Notes: generated by a model not told the origin, from the sequence alone. A stretch of 64,000 bases of DNA from Terriglobia bacterium (GCA_965198225.1 CBDAOY010000008.1:512001-576000); one strand, 5' to 3'. Positions 1 to 9,727 are shown, counted from the first letter of the stretch. Made by a program: numbers and translations.

Positions 1-66
1 GTGACGTGCATAACATGCAAAGCATTCCCTAGCGGCCTACGCGCAACGGCCTACGGCCTACTTCCC

Positions 67-369
67 CTACCACTTCAACAAGTCCGCCCGATCCACATCC
101 AGCGATTCGCGGTTCCGGAAGATCGCGATGACCAATGCCAGCCCCACTGCGGCTTCCGCGGCTGCGACGACCATGGCAAAGAAGACGAACACGTGGCCGC
201 CGACTTCGCCAGAGACGCTGGAAAATGCCACGAAGGTCAGGTTTACGGCGTTCAGCATGATCTCGATCGACAGCAGGAGGGCGATGATATTCCGCTTCAG
301 GAAGAAGCCGAGCATTCCGACCACAAACAGCATCGCGCTCAGAGTCAGGTACCAGTGAACGGGAATCAT
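67..369 (-). CDS. nuoK: NADH-quinone oxidoreductase subunit K
   Basis: 100 aa, 3 TM, SIEIMLNAVN and VAAAEAAVGLAL motifs, ends LLKW. Confidence 0.95.
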   Translation of the reverse strand: MIPVHWYLTLSAMLFVVGMLGFFLKRNIIALLLSIEIMLNAVNLTFVAFSSVSGEVGGHVFVFFAMVVAAAEAAVGLALVIAIFRNRESLDVDRADLLKW

Positions 370-860
370 ACGTCTCTCTTCGCCAGGACGACCGCCCCGA
401 TGATGGCGATCAGGATCAACAAGGATGTCGCTTCGAACGGCAACAGGTAGTCGGTGAACATGCTCATGCCTATCGACGAAGGGCTTCCCACGGTCGAGGT
501 CGGATCACCGACTACCTCCGGAATCTGCCAGATCACCGAAGACACCATCGCCAGGAGAAACAGTCCTGCGGGGATCCCGACGAACTTCAGCCACTTCATG
601 GGATCGGCTCCCTCCTCCTCATCCGCGGCCACGTTCAAGAGCATGATGACGAAGATGAACAGGACCATGACGGCCCCCGTGTAGACAAGGACCTGGATCA
701 CGGCCAGAAAGTCGGCTCGGAGCAGGACGAACAACATCGACACCGAGGCCAGCATCACGATCAGAGAAAGCGCGCTGTAGAGGACATGCTTCTGCACCAG
801 CACATTGATCGCGGAACCCAATGCGATGGCGGCGAAGAGAAAGAATAGAGTCTCGATCAT
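366..860 (-). CDS. nuoJ: NADH-quinone oxidoreductase subunit J
   Basis: QVLVYTGAVMVLFIFVIMLL and YLLPFE motifs; start MIETLFF at 860 overlaps nuoH stop (ATGA). Confidence 0.93.
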   Translation of the reverse strand: MIETLFFLFAAIALGSAINVLVQKHVLYSALSLIVMLASVSMLFVLLRADFLAVIQVLVYTGAVMVLFIFVIMLLNVAADEEEGADPMKWLKFVGIPAGLFLLAMVSSVIWQIPEVVGDPTSTVGSPSSIGMSMFTDYLLPFEATSLLILIAIIGAVVLAKRDV

Positions 861-1870
861 AGAACAGCCACGATGAAGCTGGTGATGACCACGTTGGCCA
901 GCGCCAGGGGCAGCAGGAACTTCCAACCGAACGCCATCAGCTGATCGTAGCGAACCCGCGGCAGCGTGGCGCGGATCAACATGTAGAGGAAGATGAATAC
1001 GAAGACTTTCGCGAGAAACCAGACTGTCGGCAGCACCATCTGGAGCAGCGGCGGGCCGGCGACGGGCCCGGACCAGCCACCCAGAAACAGGATCGTTGCC
1101 ATCGCGGAGGCCGTGATCATGTTTGCGTATTCGGCGAGGAAGAACATCGCAAACTTCATAGAGCTGTACTCGGTGTGCCAGCCGGCGACGAGTTCCTGTT
1201 CCGCCTCGGCCAGGTCGAAGGGGGTTCGGTTGGTTTCAGCGATCGCGCTTATGAAAAAAATGATGAACGCGATGGGTTGCAGAAAGATGTTCCAGCGCGG
1301 CAGGAACCCCATCCATGTTCCCTCCTGCGACCTGACGAGTTCGGCCAGGCTGAGCGTGTTGGCGATTATCAGGACACCGATGACCGAGAGGGTCAGGCTC
1401 AACTCGTAGCTGATCATCTGTGCTGATGCCCTGAGGCCTCCCAACAGAGGGTACTTCGAGTTCGACGCCCACCCCCCCAGCACGATTCCGTAAATTCCGA
1501 CCGAGGTCACCGCGAACACGAACAACAGGCCGACGTTGAGGTCTGTGATCTGAAAGTGCGGTCCAAACGGTATCACCGCGAACGACAGGAAGGCCGGTAT
1601 CAGGGAAATGACCGGAGCCAGGACATAGATCATCGCGTTCGCGCCGGTGGGTATGACGTCCTCCTTGAACAGAAACTTCATTCCGTCGGCCAGGGGTTGC
1701 AGGAGTCCCAACGGTCCGACCCTGTTCGGACCGGGTCGCATCTGTACCCAGGCCATGACTTTGCGCTCGAGTAAGGTCATGTAGGCGAGCGCGCCCATCA
1801 AGCCTGCGAAGATGACCAGGATCTTCAGCATCAAGACCAGGAACACCCTGTCGGTGAGGTTGTCGATCAT
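857..1870 (-). CDS. nuoH: NADH-quinone oxidoreductase subunit H
   Basis: ERKVMAWVQMRPGPNRVGP, AETNRTPFDLAEAEQEL, TLPRVRYDQLM motifs. Confidence 0.97.
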   Translation of the reverse strand: MIDNLTDRVFLVLMLKILVIFAGLMGALAYMTLLERKVMAWVQMRPGPNRVGPLGLLQPLADGMKFLFKEDVIPTGANAMIYVLAPVISLIPAFLSFAVIPFGPHFQITDLNVGLLFVFAVTSVGIYGIVLGGWASNSKYPLLGGLRASAQMISYELSLTLSVIGVLIIANTLSLAELVRSQEGTWMGFLPRWNIFLQPIAFIIFFISAIAETNRTPFDLAEAEQELVAGWHTEYSSMKFAMFFLAEYANMITASAMATILFLGGWSGPVAGPPLLQMVLPTVWFLAKVFVFIFLYMLIRATLPRVRYDQLMAFGWKFLLPLALANVVITSFIVAVL

Positions 1871-2340
1871 CGTTCTTCACGCAGTTCGTCGATGATGGTT
1901 CCGACGAGCTGGGGGTTCAGTCTCTCCCGGAACTTTCCGTTCACCTGGATGACCGGCGCGGTCGTACAGGAACCCAGGCATTCGGCTTCGACCAGCGTGA
2001 ACGCGCCGTCCGCAGTAGTCTCACCGATACGGATTCCCAGTTTTTCCCGGAGCGTCCGTTCGATGTCATCCGACCCGCAAAGCATGCAGGAGAGGTTCGT
2101 ACAGACTTGGATCAGGTGTTTGCCGACGGGGCTGCGGTTGATCAGCGTATAGAAGGAGGCTACGGATTCGACGTCGGAGGGAGCCAGGTCTAGGCGTTCG
2201 GCCACATAGGCGATGGTATCCGGCTTGACCCAGCCGTGTTCCCGCTGGGCCAGAAGCAGCATCGGAATCAGCGCCGATCGCCTCCGGGGGTAGATGCTGA
2301 CGAGCCGGTCGAATTCTGCGTGTGTCGCTTCTGAAAACAT
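1867..2340 (-). CDS. nuoE: NADH-quinone oxidoreductase subunit E ([2Fe-2S])
   Basis: SALIPMLLLAQ, VASFY, CTNLSC and ECLGSC cluster ligands. Confidence 0.93.
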   Translation of the reverse strand: MFSEATHAEFDRLVSIYPRRRSALIPMLLLAQREHGWVKPDTIAYVAERLDLAPSDVESVASFYTLINRSPVGKHLIQVCTNLSCMLCGSDDIERTLREKLGIRIGETTADGAFTLVEAECLGSCTTAPVIQVNGKFRERLNPQLVGTIIDELREER

Positions 2341-2381
2341 TGCCGCAGCCTACCATCCACGGAGCGGGTACCGCCGAAGTG

Positions 2382-2741
2382 CTACCGCTCCCACTCCAGA
2401 GCGCCTTTTTTCCAGACGTAGATATAACCAGCCAGGATCACGCCGATGAAAACAAGCATTTCCCAGAACGCAAACAGCTTTAACTCTCGGAAAACGACGG
2501 CCCAGGGGAAGAGGAAGACGACCTCGATGTCGAACAGGAGAAACAGCATCGCCACCATGTAGAACTGGATGGAGAAACGCTCACGGGCGGAGCCGACGGG
2601 CTGCATCCCGCTTTCGTAAGGAGAGAGTTTGCCTGGCGTCGGTTTCCGGACACCCATGATCCATGACAGGATCAGTGAGGTTACGGCGAAGCCTGTTATA
2701 AGGACCGCGAAAATGAGAATCGGCAACCAATTCTCCAGCAT
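2382..2741 (-). CDS. nuoA: NADH-quinone oxidoreductase subunit A
   Basis: 119 aa from MLENWLPI; PYESG, FLLFDIEVVFLFPWA, WKKGALEW motifs. Confidence 0.95.
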   Translation of the reverse strand: MLENWLPILIFAVLITGFAVTSLILSWIMGVRKPTPGKLSPYESGMQPVGSARERFSIQFYMVAMLFLLFDIEVVFLFPWAVVFRELKLFAFWEMLVFIGVILAGYIYVWKKGALEWER

Positions 2742-2896
2742 CGGATATTGCCGTAACCTCCCACAAAAAAAGGACTTCTGCCGACAAACGAGCCCCTCAT
2801 TATGGAAGCCCCCTGGAGGACCTGTCAACAGGGAACTTGGTTTGGGACCATCCGTCTTCCCGTTGCCCGACATCGTCCGTACCGGCAGAGGTTTTG

Positions 2897-2963
2897 ACCG
2901 AGAGGCGCGAAGACGCAGAGAAAAAACAGCCTGTTCTTCTACTCTGCAGCTCTGCGTCTCTAC
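2897..2963. repeat. Imperfect intergenic inverted repeat (GACGCAGAG / CTCTGCGTC type)
   Basis: gaggcgcgaagacgcagag ... ctctgcagctctgcgtctct between divergent nuoA and thiSG. Confidence 0.5.
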
Positions 2964-3038
2964 GTCGAAAAACAGTTCCGGATCGCCAAGAAGTGCAGGG
3001 AGATTTGGAGCTTCTGCTAACATGAAAAGTTCATGTCG

Positions 3039-4016
3039 ATGCGAATCGAGCTCAACGGGGAGGCTCGAGAAATTCCCTCTCCACTGAATATCCGGCAGCT
3101 TCTGGAACATCTTGAACTGCCTACCGGCCGCATCGCTGTCGAGAGGAACCGAGCGGTGGTTCCGAAGGCCAGGTGGGATGACGTGCAGGTGTGCTCCGAC
3201 GACCGGATCGAGGTCGTCCACTTTGTCGGAGGAGGGGCGCCCGAAGACGGCCTGGTCATCGCGGAGCGGCGATTCGAATCGCGGCTGATCGTGGGTACAG
3301 GAAAGTATTCCAGCAACGAAGTCATGGTCGACGCTCACGTCCGATCAGGCTCTGAGATGGTGACGGTTGCCGTCCGTCGCGTGGACCTGAAAGCGGCCAA
3401 GGGTGAGTCGCTACTGGACTACATCGACACCACGAAGTTCATGATCCTGCCGAACACCGCGGGCTGCTACACAGCTGACGATGCGATTCGGACCGCGCAC
3501 CTGGGACGGGAAGCCGGCCTTTCGGAGTGGGTGAAGCTGGAGGTTATCGGTGACGAGCGCACGCTCTTTCCGGATACGGCGGCCCTCATCGAGGCTACTG
3601 CGATACTGGTTCAGGACGGCTTCATCGTCATGCCCTACACGAACGACGATCTCATCGTTGCCCGCAAGTTGATCGACGCGGGCGCCGCGGCCGTGATGCC
3701 GCTGGGTGCGCCGATCGGTTCCGGGATGGGCATCCAGAATATCGCCAACATGCGAATTCTTCGGGAGCGAATCACCGAGGTGCCCCTGATCGTCGATGCC
3801 GGCGTGGGGACTGCATCGGATGCGGTTCTGGCGATGGAGCTCGGAGCTGACGGTGTCTTGATGAACACCGCGATCGCCGGCGCGTCCGACCCCGGCGCGA
3901 TGGCCGAGGCCATGAATCATGCTGTCAAGGCCGGCCGCCTGGCGTACCTGGCAGGCCGGATTCCGAAGAAACTCTACGCCACTGCTTCGTCCCCCCTGGA
4001 GGGTGTGGTTAGCTAG
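3039..4016 (+). CDS. thiG: ThiS-ThiG fusion (sulfur carrier + thiazole synthase)
   Basis: N-terminal ThiS (IAVERN...[10 protein letters not shown]) in frame with ThiG ([35 protein letters not shown]); start 3033 or 3039. Confidence 0.93.
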   Translation: MRIELNGEAREIPSPLNIRQLLEHLELPTGRIAVERNRAVVPKARWDDVQVCSDDRIEVVHFVGGGAPEDGLVIAERRFESRLIVGTGKYSSNEVMVDAHVRSGSEMVTVAVRRVDLKAAKGESLLDYIDTTKFMILPNTAGCYTADDAIRTAHLGREAGLSEWVKLEVIGDERTLFPDTAALIEATAILVQDGFIVMPYTNDDLIVARKLIDAGAAAVMPLGAPIGSGMGIQNIANMRILRERITEVPLIVDAGVGTASDAVLAMELGADGVLMNTAIAGASDPGAMAEAMNHAVKAGRLAYLAGRIPKKLYATASSPLEGVVS

Positions 4017-4161
4017 TTGGGAGCCCTACACCAAGAACCCCACCGTCCTCGACCGCTAGTGACCTGTTACAGGCCACTCGTGCCCTTACCGCGATCATGT
4101 TTGCTTTTTGCTCCGGCTTGGGGTGAAATCGTCCATCCGATCTCGACCGACGGGGTAGGCG

Positions 4162-5322
4162 ATGGCATCAACACTATCGGATGAACAACAGGAAATCCTG
4201 AGAACCGTTCGAAGCTTTGTGGACCGCGAAGTCATTCCGGCGGCACGCGAGCTGGAGCACAAGGACGGCTATCCGTTCGAGCTTGTGGAACGGATGAAGA
4301 CACTGGGGCTTTTCGGCGCCAACATTCCGGAAGCCTACGGCGGGCTGGACCTCGATTACGTGACCTACGCCATGATTTTCGAGGAGATCTCCCGCGGCTG
4401 GATGGGTGCTGCAGGAATCCTCGGGACGCACTCGGTGATGTGTGATGTGCTGGCCCGCTTCGGGACGGAGGAGCAGAAACAGCGTATCCTCACCAAACTC
4501 GCAACCGGAGAGCAGCGCGGGGGATTGGCATTATCGGAGCCGGACGCCGGAAGCGACGTTCAACGAATTCGGACGCTGGCCGTCCGGGATGGTGATGACT
4601 ACGTCCTCAATGGTTCCAAGATGTGGGTCACCAACGGTCGGCATGGCGATACCTTCGCTCTTTTGGCCAAAACCGAGCCCGAAGCGGAACCTCCCTACAA
4701 AGGTATGACGGCGTTCATCGTAGAGAAGGGGAATCAGGGCTTCATCGTCAGCCGCGACATCGACAAATGCGGCTACAAGGGAGTCGAGACCTGCGAGATC
4801 GTCTTCGAAGACTTCCGGGTGCCGGCCGCAAACGTGATCGGCGGCTCGGAAGGCCAGGGGTTCAAACACATCATGACCGGGCTTGAAAGCGAGCGCATCA
4901 ACGTCGCAGCGCGGGCTGTGGGCATCGCCCGTGCGGCCTTCGAGGACGCCATCCACTATTCCCAGCACCGGGTAACGTTCGGAAAGCCGATCTGCGAGCA
5001 CCAGGCCATCCAGTTGAAGTTGGCGGACATGGCCACGAAGCTGGAAGCCGCCCGAGGGTTGACCTACAACGCGGCGGAAAAAAAGAACCGCGGTGAAAGG
5101 TGCGACCTGGAGGCTGGGATGGCGAAGCTGTTCGCCACCGAAATGGCACAGGAGGTCGCCCTGGATTCGATGCGGATTCACGGCGGTTACGGCTACGCCA
5201 AGGATTTTGCAGTCGAACGGTACTACCGCGACGCTCCGCTGCTGATCGTCGGCGGCGGAACGAATGAAATACAGCGGATTCTGATAGCCAAGGGATTGTT
5301 GAAGAAGTATGAAGTCAGTTGA
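4162..5322 (+). CDS. Acyl-CoA dehydrogenase
   Basis: ALSEPDAGSD, LNGSKMWVTNG, IHGGYGY, GGTNEIQR motifs. Confidence 0.93.
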   Translation: MASTLSDEQQEILRTVRSFVDREVIPAARELEHKDGYPFELVERMKTLGLFGANIPEAYGGLDLDYVTYAMIFEEISRGWMGAAGILGTHSVMCDVLARFGTEEQKQRILTKLATGEQRGGLALSEPDAGSDVQRIRTLAVRDGDDYVLNGSKMWVTNGRHGDTFALLAKTEPEAEPPYKGMTAFIVEKGNQGFIVSRDIDKCGYKGVETCEIVFEDFRVPAANVIGGSEGQGFKHIMTGLESERINVAARAVGIARAAFEDAIHYSQHRVTFGKPICEHQAIQLKLADMATKLEAARGLTYNAAEKKNRGERCDLEAGMAKLFATEMAQEVALDSMRIHGGYGYAKDFAVERYYRDAPLLIVGGGTNEIQRILIAKGLLKKYEVS

Positions 5323-5372
5323 CAGTAATCAGTACTCAGTACTCAGTTTGGGTGTTCCTCAAGCGAAGGGGA

Positions 5373-5442
5373 CCGCGAGAGAGCCAATATAAGGGGGACA
5401 GGGCTTGCCCTGTCCCCGGGTGTTTGCTGAGCAGAAAAGTCT
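5373..5442 (+). repeat. Dispersed ~70-bp palindromic element, family A copy 1
   Basis: ccgcgagagagcca...ggggacaggg-cttg-ccctgtcccc-gggtgtttgctgagcagaaaagtct; five copies in window. Confidence 0.85.
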
Positions 5443-5541
5443 GAGAAAGCAATAACTCTGTCTCCAACCGCAAGGCTGCCGACGCTCATCTTTTCAACTG
5501 ACAACTGGGAACTGACGACTGACAACTCTCCGAGGAACACT

Positions 5542-6039
5542 TTGAACCTAGGACGCTACTTCGAAGACTTTGAGGCCGGCCAGGTCTACAAGCACTGGCC
5601 CGGCAGGACGGTGACGGAGGCTGACGACACGTGGTTCAGCCTCGTCACGATGAATCAGAACCCTCTACATATCGACGAACACTACTGTTCGCAGTTACAG
5701 CACGGTCGCCGCCTGGTCAACGGGACCTTCGTGTTCAGTCTCGTTGTCGGTATGACGGTGGCGGATATCAGCCTCAAAGCGATCGCCAACCTGGAATACG
5801 AATCGGTCAAGCATACCGGGCCGGTATGGCATGGAGACACGATTTACGCGGAAACGACGATCCTCGAGAAGAAGGAATCAGAATCCAAACCGGACCGGGG
5901 CGTGGTCTACGTGGCGACCCGTGGGATCAACCAGAACGGGGAGACGATCCTGACGTACCGGAGAAAGGTGTTGGTGCCGAAGCGCGTTTTCGACGAGGGC
6001 AAGAGTTACTGGCCCGGAGAAGAAACCACTGACGGTTAG
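5542..6039 (+). CDS. MaoC family dehydratase
   Basis: GRYFEDF, GRTVTEAD, TMNQNPLH, PVWHGDTI; TTG start after GAGGA. Confidence 0.88.
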   Translation: MNLGRYFEDFEAGQVYKHWPGRTVTEADDTWFSLVTMNQNPLHIDEHYCSQLQHGRRLVNGTFVFSLVVGMTVADISLKAIANLEYESVKHTGPVWHGDTIYAETTILEKKESESKPDRGVVYVATRGINQNGETILTYRRKVLVPKRVFDEGKSYWPGEETTDG

Positions 6040-6040
6040 T

Positions 6041-6202
6041 GTAGGTGCGCTCTATGAGCGCACAAGGCGTCGGTATTGAAGAATGTGCGGTCACAGACCG
6101 CACCTACACCTGCCAGGGTTTGTCTTTCGCTTGGGGAGAGTTACCTCTCGGGCATTTCGGTTCAGCCAAGACCAAGAATGTGCGGTCATAGACCGCACCT
6201 AC
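6041..6202. repeat. GTAG-family REP cluster (BIME-like), three units
   Basis: GTAG-GTGCGCTC-TAT-GAGCGCAC at 6041-6063 (+); related units at 6085-6107 and 6180-6202 (-); between convergent genes. Confidence 0.85.
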
Positions 6203-7533
6203 ACCTCCCTCTTCCCAATCCCGTACGCCTTCATCTTCCGGTACAGGTAGCTGCGCTCCAGGCCCAGCACGCGCGCCGTCTGGGACACGTTCCAACCGCT
6301 TTCTTCGAGCTTGGACAGGATCAATTCCCGTTCGTACCGCCCGCGTGCCTCTTGAAGCGTCGGCTGCTCTCCTCCTGACCCGTTCGGCAGAGACAGGTCG
6401 TCGAACTCGATCTTCTCGCCCGAGGCCATGATGACGAGACGTTCGATCTCGTTTCGCAGTTCCCGGACGTTTCCCGGCCAGGAATAGCTGTCCATCGCCC
6501 TGAAGGCCTCGACGGTGAAGTCCCTGGAGGTACGGCCGTGTTCGGCCGAAAAAATGTCCATGAAATAGCGCGCGATGACCGGAATGTCCCTGTGTCGTTC
6601 GCGAAGTGGCGGGACGACGAACGGGATCACGTTCAAGCGGTAGAAGAGGTCTTCGCGAAAGCGCCCGGCCTTGATCTCGCTCGCCAGATTCTTGTTGGTC
6701 GCGGCGATGATGCGAACGTCGACGCTCCGCATGGATTGTGCGCCGATCGGCTGGAATTTCTGCTGTTCGATCGCTCTCAGGACTTTTGCTTGAGTCTTCA
6801 GGCTCATGTCCCCGACTTCGTCAAGAAAGATCGTGCCTCCAGCGGCCAGCTCAAACTTTCCCTTCTTGTCTTCGTTCGCTCCGGTGAACGAGCCTCGAGT
6901 GTGGCCAAAGAGCTCGCTTTCTATCAAGTCTTCCGGGATTGCCGCGCAGTTGACCTCGATGAATGGGTCTTCGCTTCGGCTGCTTTGAAAGTGGATGTTT
7001 CGGGCCACCAGTTCTTTGCCGGTTCCGCTCTCACCGTAGATCAGGACGCGGCTGTTCGTCGGAGCGACCACAGAGATCTGCTTCCGCAGCGCCTTGACCG
7101 GGATGCTCTCCCCGACGATCGCGTATCGTGCCTCGACCTGACGTCGCAGGTCGCTGTTGGTTTTCTCCAGTTTCCGATGCGAGAGGGCGTTGCGGGCGGT
7201 CAGCAAGGTGTGTTCGATCGAAAGAGGCTTCTCGATGAAGTCGAACGCCCCCAGCTTCGTCGCCGAGACGGCTGTGGCGATCGTTGCGTGGCCGGAAATC
7301 ATGATGACGTAGGTCGCGGGGTTCCTCCGTCGTATTTGCTTCAGCGTCTCGAGCCCGTCGATGCCGGGCAACCAGACGTCGAGGAGCACGAGATCGAGAT
7401 CCCCGCCTTCCAGCTTCTCAAGACATTCCTCGCCGCTGGTTGCAACGTCGGCAGCAAAGCCCTCGTCTTCGAAGACGCCTTTCAGCGACTGACGGATTCC
7501 ACTCTCATCGTCGACGATCAGGACTCTGGGCAT
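6199..7533 (-). CDS. Sigma54-dependent response regulator (NtrX/NtrC-like)
   Basis: REC (LLDVWLPG), GESGTGKE, ESELFGH..GSFTGA, FREDLFYRLNV, Fis-type HTH. Confidence 0.93.
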   Translation of the reverse strand: MPRVLIVDDESGIRQSLKGVFEDEGFAADVATSGEECLEKLEGGDLDLVLLDVWLPGIDGLETLKQIRRRNPATYVIMISGHATIATAVSATKLGAFDFIEKPLSIEHTLLTARNALSHRKLEKTNSDLRRQVEARYAIVGESIPVKALRKQISVVAPTNSRVLIYGESGTGKELVARNIHFQSSRSEDPFIEVNCAAIPEDLIESELFGHTRGSFTGANEDKKGKFELAAGGTIFLDEVGDMSLKTQAKVLRAIEQQKFQPIGAQSMRSVDVRIIAATNKNLASEIKAGRFREDLFYRLNVIPFVVPPLRERHRDIPVIARYFMDIFSAEHGRTSRDFTVEAFRAMDSYSWPGNVRELRNEIERLVIMASGEKIEFDDLSLPNGSGGEQPTLQEARGRYERELILSKLEESGWNVSQTARVLGLERSYLYRKMKAYGIGKREV

Positions 7534-9593
7534 ACGGGTAGCTCGACGACGAACCGGGCGCCGTGCGGGTTGTTCGGTTCAGCGCCGATGTAGCCGCCGT
7601 GATCGGCGACGATCCGGCTGGCGATCGCCAGACCCAGACCTGTTCCGTTCTTCCGTGTCGAAAAGTATGGAGCAAACAGGCGCTCTCGGTCTTCGGGGTC
7701 GATTCCAGGTCCCGAGTCGGTCACAGTCAGGCGCGCCGTCGTGTGGTCTCGGACCAACTCGCACCCGATCGTGAGTTCCTTCGCGGTTTCTCCTGCCATC
7801 GCCTCCAGGGCGTTGTCGATCAGGTTGATCAGCACGCGTTTGATCTGTTGCCCATCCATCAGGACCGGCGGCAGGTCGTCCGGGATACGAGCCCTCACCT
7901 CCGTGCCGTTGAAACGGTCCTCATAGAGGGCCAGGGTCTTGTCGATCAGGCCCTTCATCTCGGTCGGTTCTCTGGAGATTGCCGGCAGGCGTGCGACCCG
8001 TCCAAACTCGTTGACCAGTGCCTTGAGGCTGGCCACTTCGCCGACGATCGTGCTCACACACTCCTGGATCACCGCCTGAACGCGCGGTTCCGCCGAGGGC
8101 ACCTTCTCGGCGTTTCGGGCGATGCGTTCGGCCGACAACTGGATTGGAGTGAGAGGGTTCTTGATTTCGTGTGCGAGGCGACGTGCGACTTCCCGCCACG
8201 CAGTCGCCTTCTGCGCCTTGACCACTTCGGTGAGGTCTTCGACCACGAGTACAAACCCTCCGCCCGTGAGAACGCTCGCAGTGACGGCATTGTGGATGGG
8301 GCGATCGGGGGTCATCAAGGTCAGTTCTCGCGTCAGCGTCCCCTCCTGAGCAGAGACACGCAGCAGCTCCCGAATCTGTTGCAGGTCTTCGGGGGCAAAC
8401 ACTTCGTCCAGCGTGTCGGCATGTTCGATCGAGAACATTGTGCGCGCGGCGCGATTCATCTTGGTTACGTGGAACTCGTCGTCGATCGAAACGACTCCGG
8501 TCGGGATGGCCTCCAGGATAATCTCCGTGTAGCGACGCCGCTCCTCGAGCTCACCGGTCGTGAGCTGCAACTGATCGGCCATGTCGTTAAACAGTCCCAC
8601 GAGCAATCCCAGTTCGTCGTCCGCCTGCACGCGGACACGATGGTCCAGGTTGCCCGAAGAGATCTCCCGTGTGGCGCCCGACAGGGCTTCGATCGGTACC
8701 GTAATCCTCTTGGAGAAGAAGAGTCCCGTCCACGCGGCCGCGAAGAGTACCAGCACGGTCATCAAGACGAGGATGACCACGTAGGTATCGCGGTAGAAAC
8801 GACGGTTCTGCACCAACTCGTTGTAGCTCATCCGTTCGGTTGCGATCTCGGCGGTCAGTTGCTGGAAATGCTCGGGTGTGTGGAAGACGGCTGCGACGAT
8901 CACGTCCGGCTCTGCCTGGGTTCGTCGCAGGCCGACCAAAGAGCCGTCGATATCGCGAAGTGTGGCCACCCCGGATCCATTCAGCCGATCCAGCAGGTCG
9001 CGGTATACCACTTGATAGCTCTCCGCACCGTTCGTACCACGCAGGATGCGGCCGTCGGTATCTATGAATGCGACAGTCTCCAGGCGGAAATTCGCGAGGG
9101 CCTCCTCCAGATCTTCCGGGGGCTGAGCCGCCATCTGCGACAGAATGCCGCTCGCGACGTTCTCGTGTTCCGCCGCCCACTGGCTACCGATCTCCTCGGT
9201 GGTCCGGAAGATCGTGTCGACCGGGACGCTGAACCACTTGTCGATGCTACGATTGACCAGACCGAAGGCGAAGAGGAACAGGACCGTCGCCTGGACCAGT
9301 GTCAGGGAGATCAGCGAGAGCACGAGCTTGGTCTTGAACTTTGCCCCAGGTTTCTGGGCCTTGTGTTCGACCCACATCTTGAAAAGGCTGCGGAGAAGGA
9401 CGAACCCGAAAATGATCAGGACGAGGAAGATAAACGTCGATAGAGTGTAGAGCAGCAGGATCTGGTCAGGCTCGGCGGGACTGATGTTAAACGGTACGAG
9501 GTTGAAGGCGGCCTGGACGAACACAAGCAAAGCCAGGGTCAGCAGCACCAGGCCCCCGAGGAAGAACTTTGTCGTGCCCGTCGATGCCTTCAT
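7518..9593 (-). CDS. NtrY-like HAMP/PAS sensor histidine kinase
   Basis: TMs, SIDKWF, HAMP (DDELGLL..FN), AWREVARRLAHEIKNPLTPIQLSAER, GTGLGL. Confidence 0.92.
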   Translation of the reverse strand: MKASTGTTKFFLGGLVLLTLALLVFVQAAFNLVPFNISPAEPDQILLLYTLSTFIFLVLIIFGFVLLRSLFKMWVEHKAQKPGAKFKTKLVLSLISLTLVQATVLFLFAFGLVNRSIDKWFSVPVDTIFRTTEEIGSQWAAEHENVASGILSQMAAQPPEDLEEALANFRLETVAFIDTDGRILRGTNGAESYQVVYRDLLDRLNGSGVATLRDIDGSLVGLRRTQAEPDVIVAAVFHTPEHFQQLTAEIATERMSYNELVQNRRFYRDTYVVILVLMTVLVLFAAAWTGLFFSKRITVPIEALSGATREISSGNLDHRVRVQADDELGLLVGLFNDMADQLQLTTGELEERRRYTEIILEAIPTGVVSIDDEFHVTKMNRAARTMFSIEHADTLDEVFAPEDLQQIRELLRVSAQEGTLTRELTLMTPDRPIHNAVTASVLTGGGFVLVVEDLTEVVKAQKATAWREVARRLAHEIKNPLTPIQLSAERIARNAEKVPSAEPRVQAVIQECVSTIVGEVASLKALVNEFGRVARLPAISREPTEMKGLIDKTLALYEDRFNGTEVRARIPDDLPPVLMDGQQIKRVLINLIDNALEAMAGETAKELTIGCELVRDHTTARLTVTDSGPGIDPEDRERLFAPYFSTRKNGTGLGLAIASRIVADHGGYIGAEPNNPHGARFVVELPVCPES

Positions 9594-9727
9594 GATGTCA
9601 CTTATGGTAGGTTAAGCCGAAGTGTTATACGTCTTGGGCCACAACCCGAGTCAATTATACGTCCCTCCTGGAGTCCCCGTCCCCATGAGAATACAAGGAA
9701 ACACCCTCTTCCCATCACGCGGACGCG

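Noticed and set aside
1-66. Start of nuoL
   Set aside because: Too little sequence to choose among several ATGs.
2900-3038. TPP riboswitch before thiSG
   Set aside because: No CUGAGA or other TPP core motifs seen.
2742-3338. N-terminal extension of nuoA in the ORF track
   Set aside because: Overlaps thiS on the other strand; NuoA similarity begins at 2741, after a GGAGG RBS-like sequence.
6538-9443. Long antisense ORFs (351 and 626 aa) and similar shadows elsewhere
   Set aside because: They lie opposite well-supported genes in GC-rich DNA and show no motifs.
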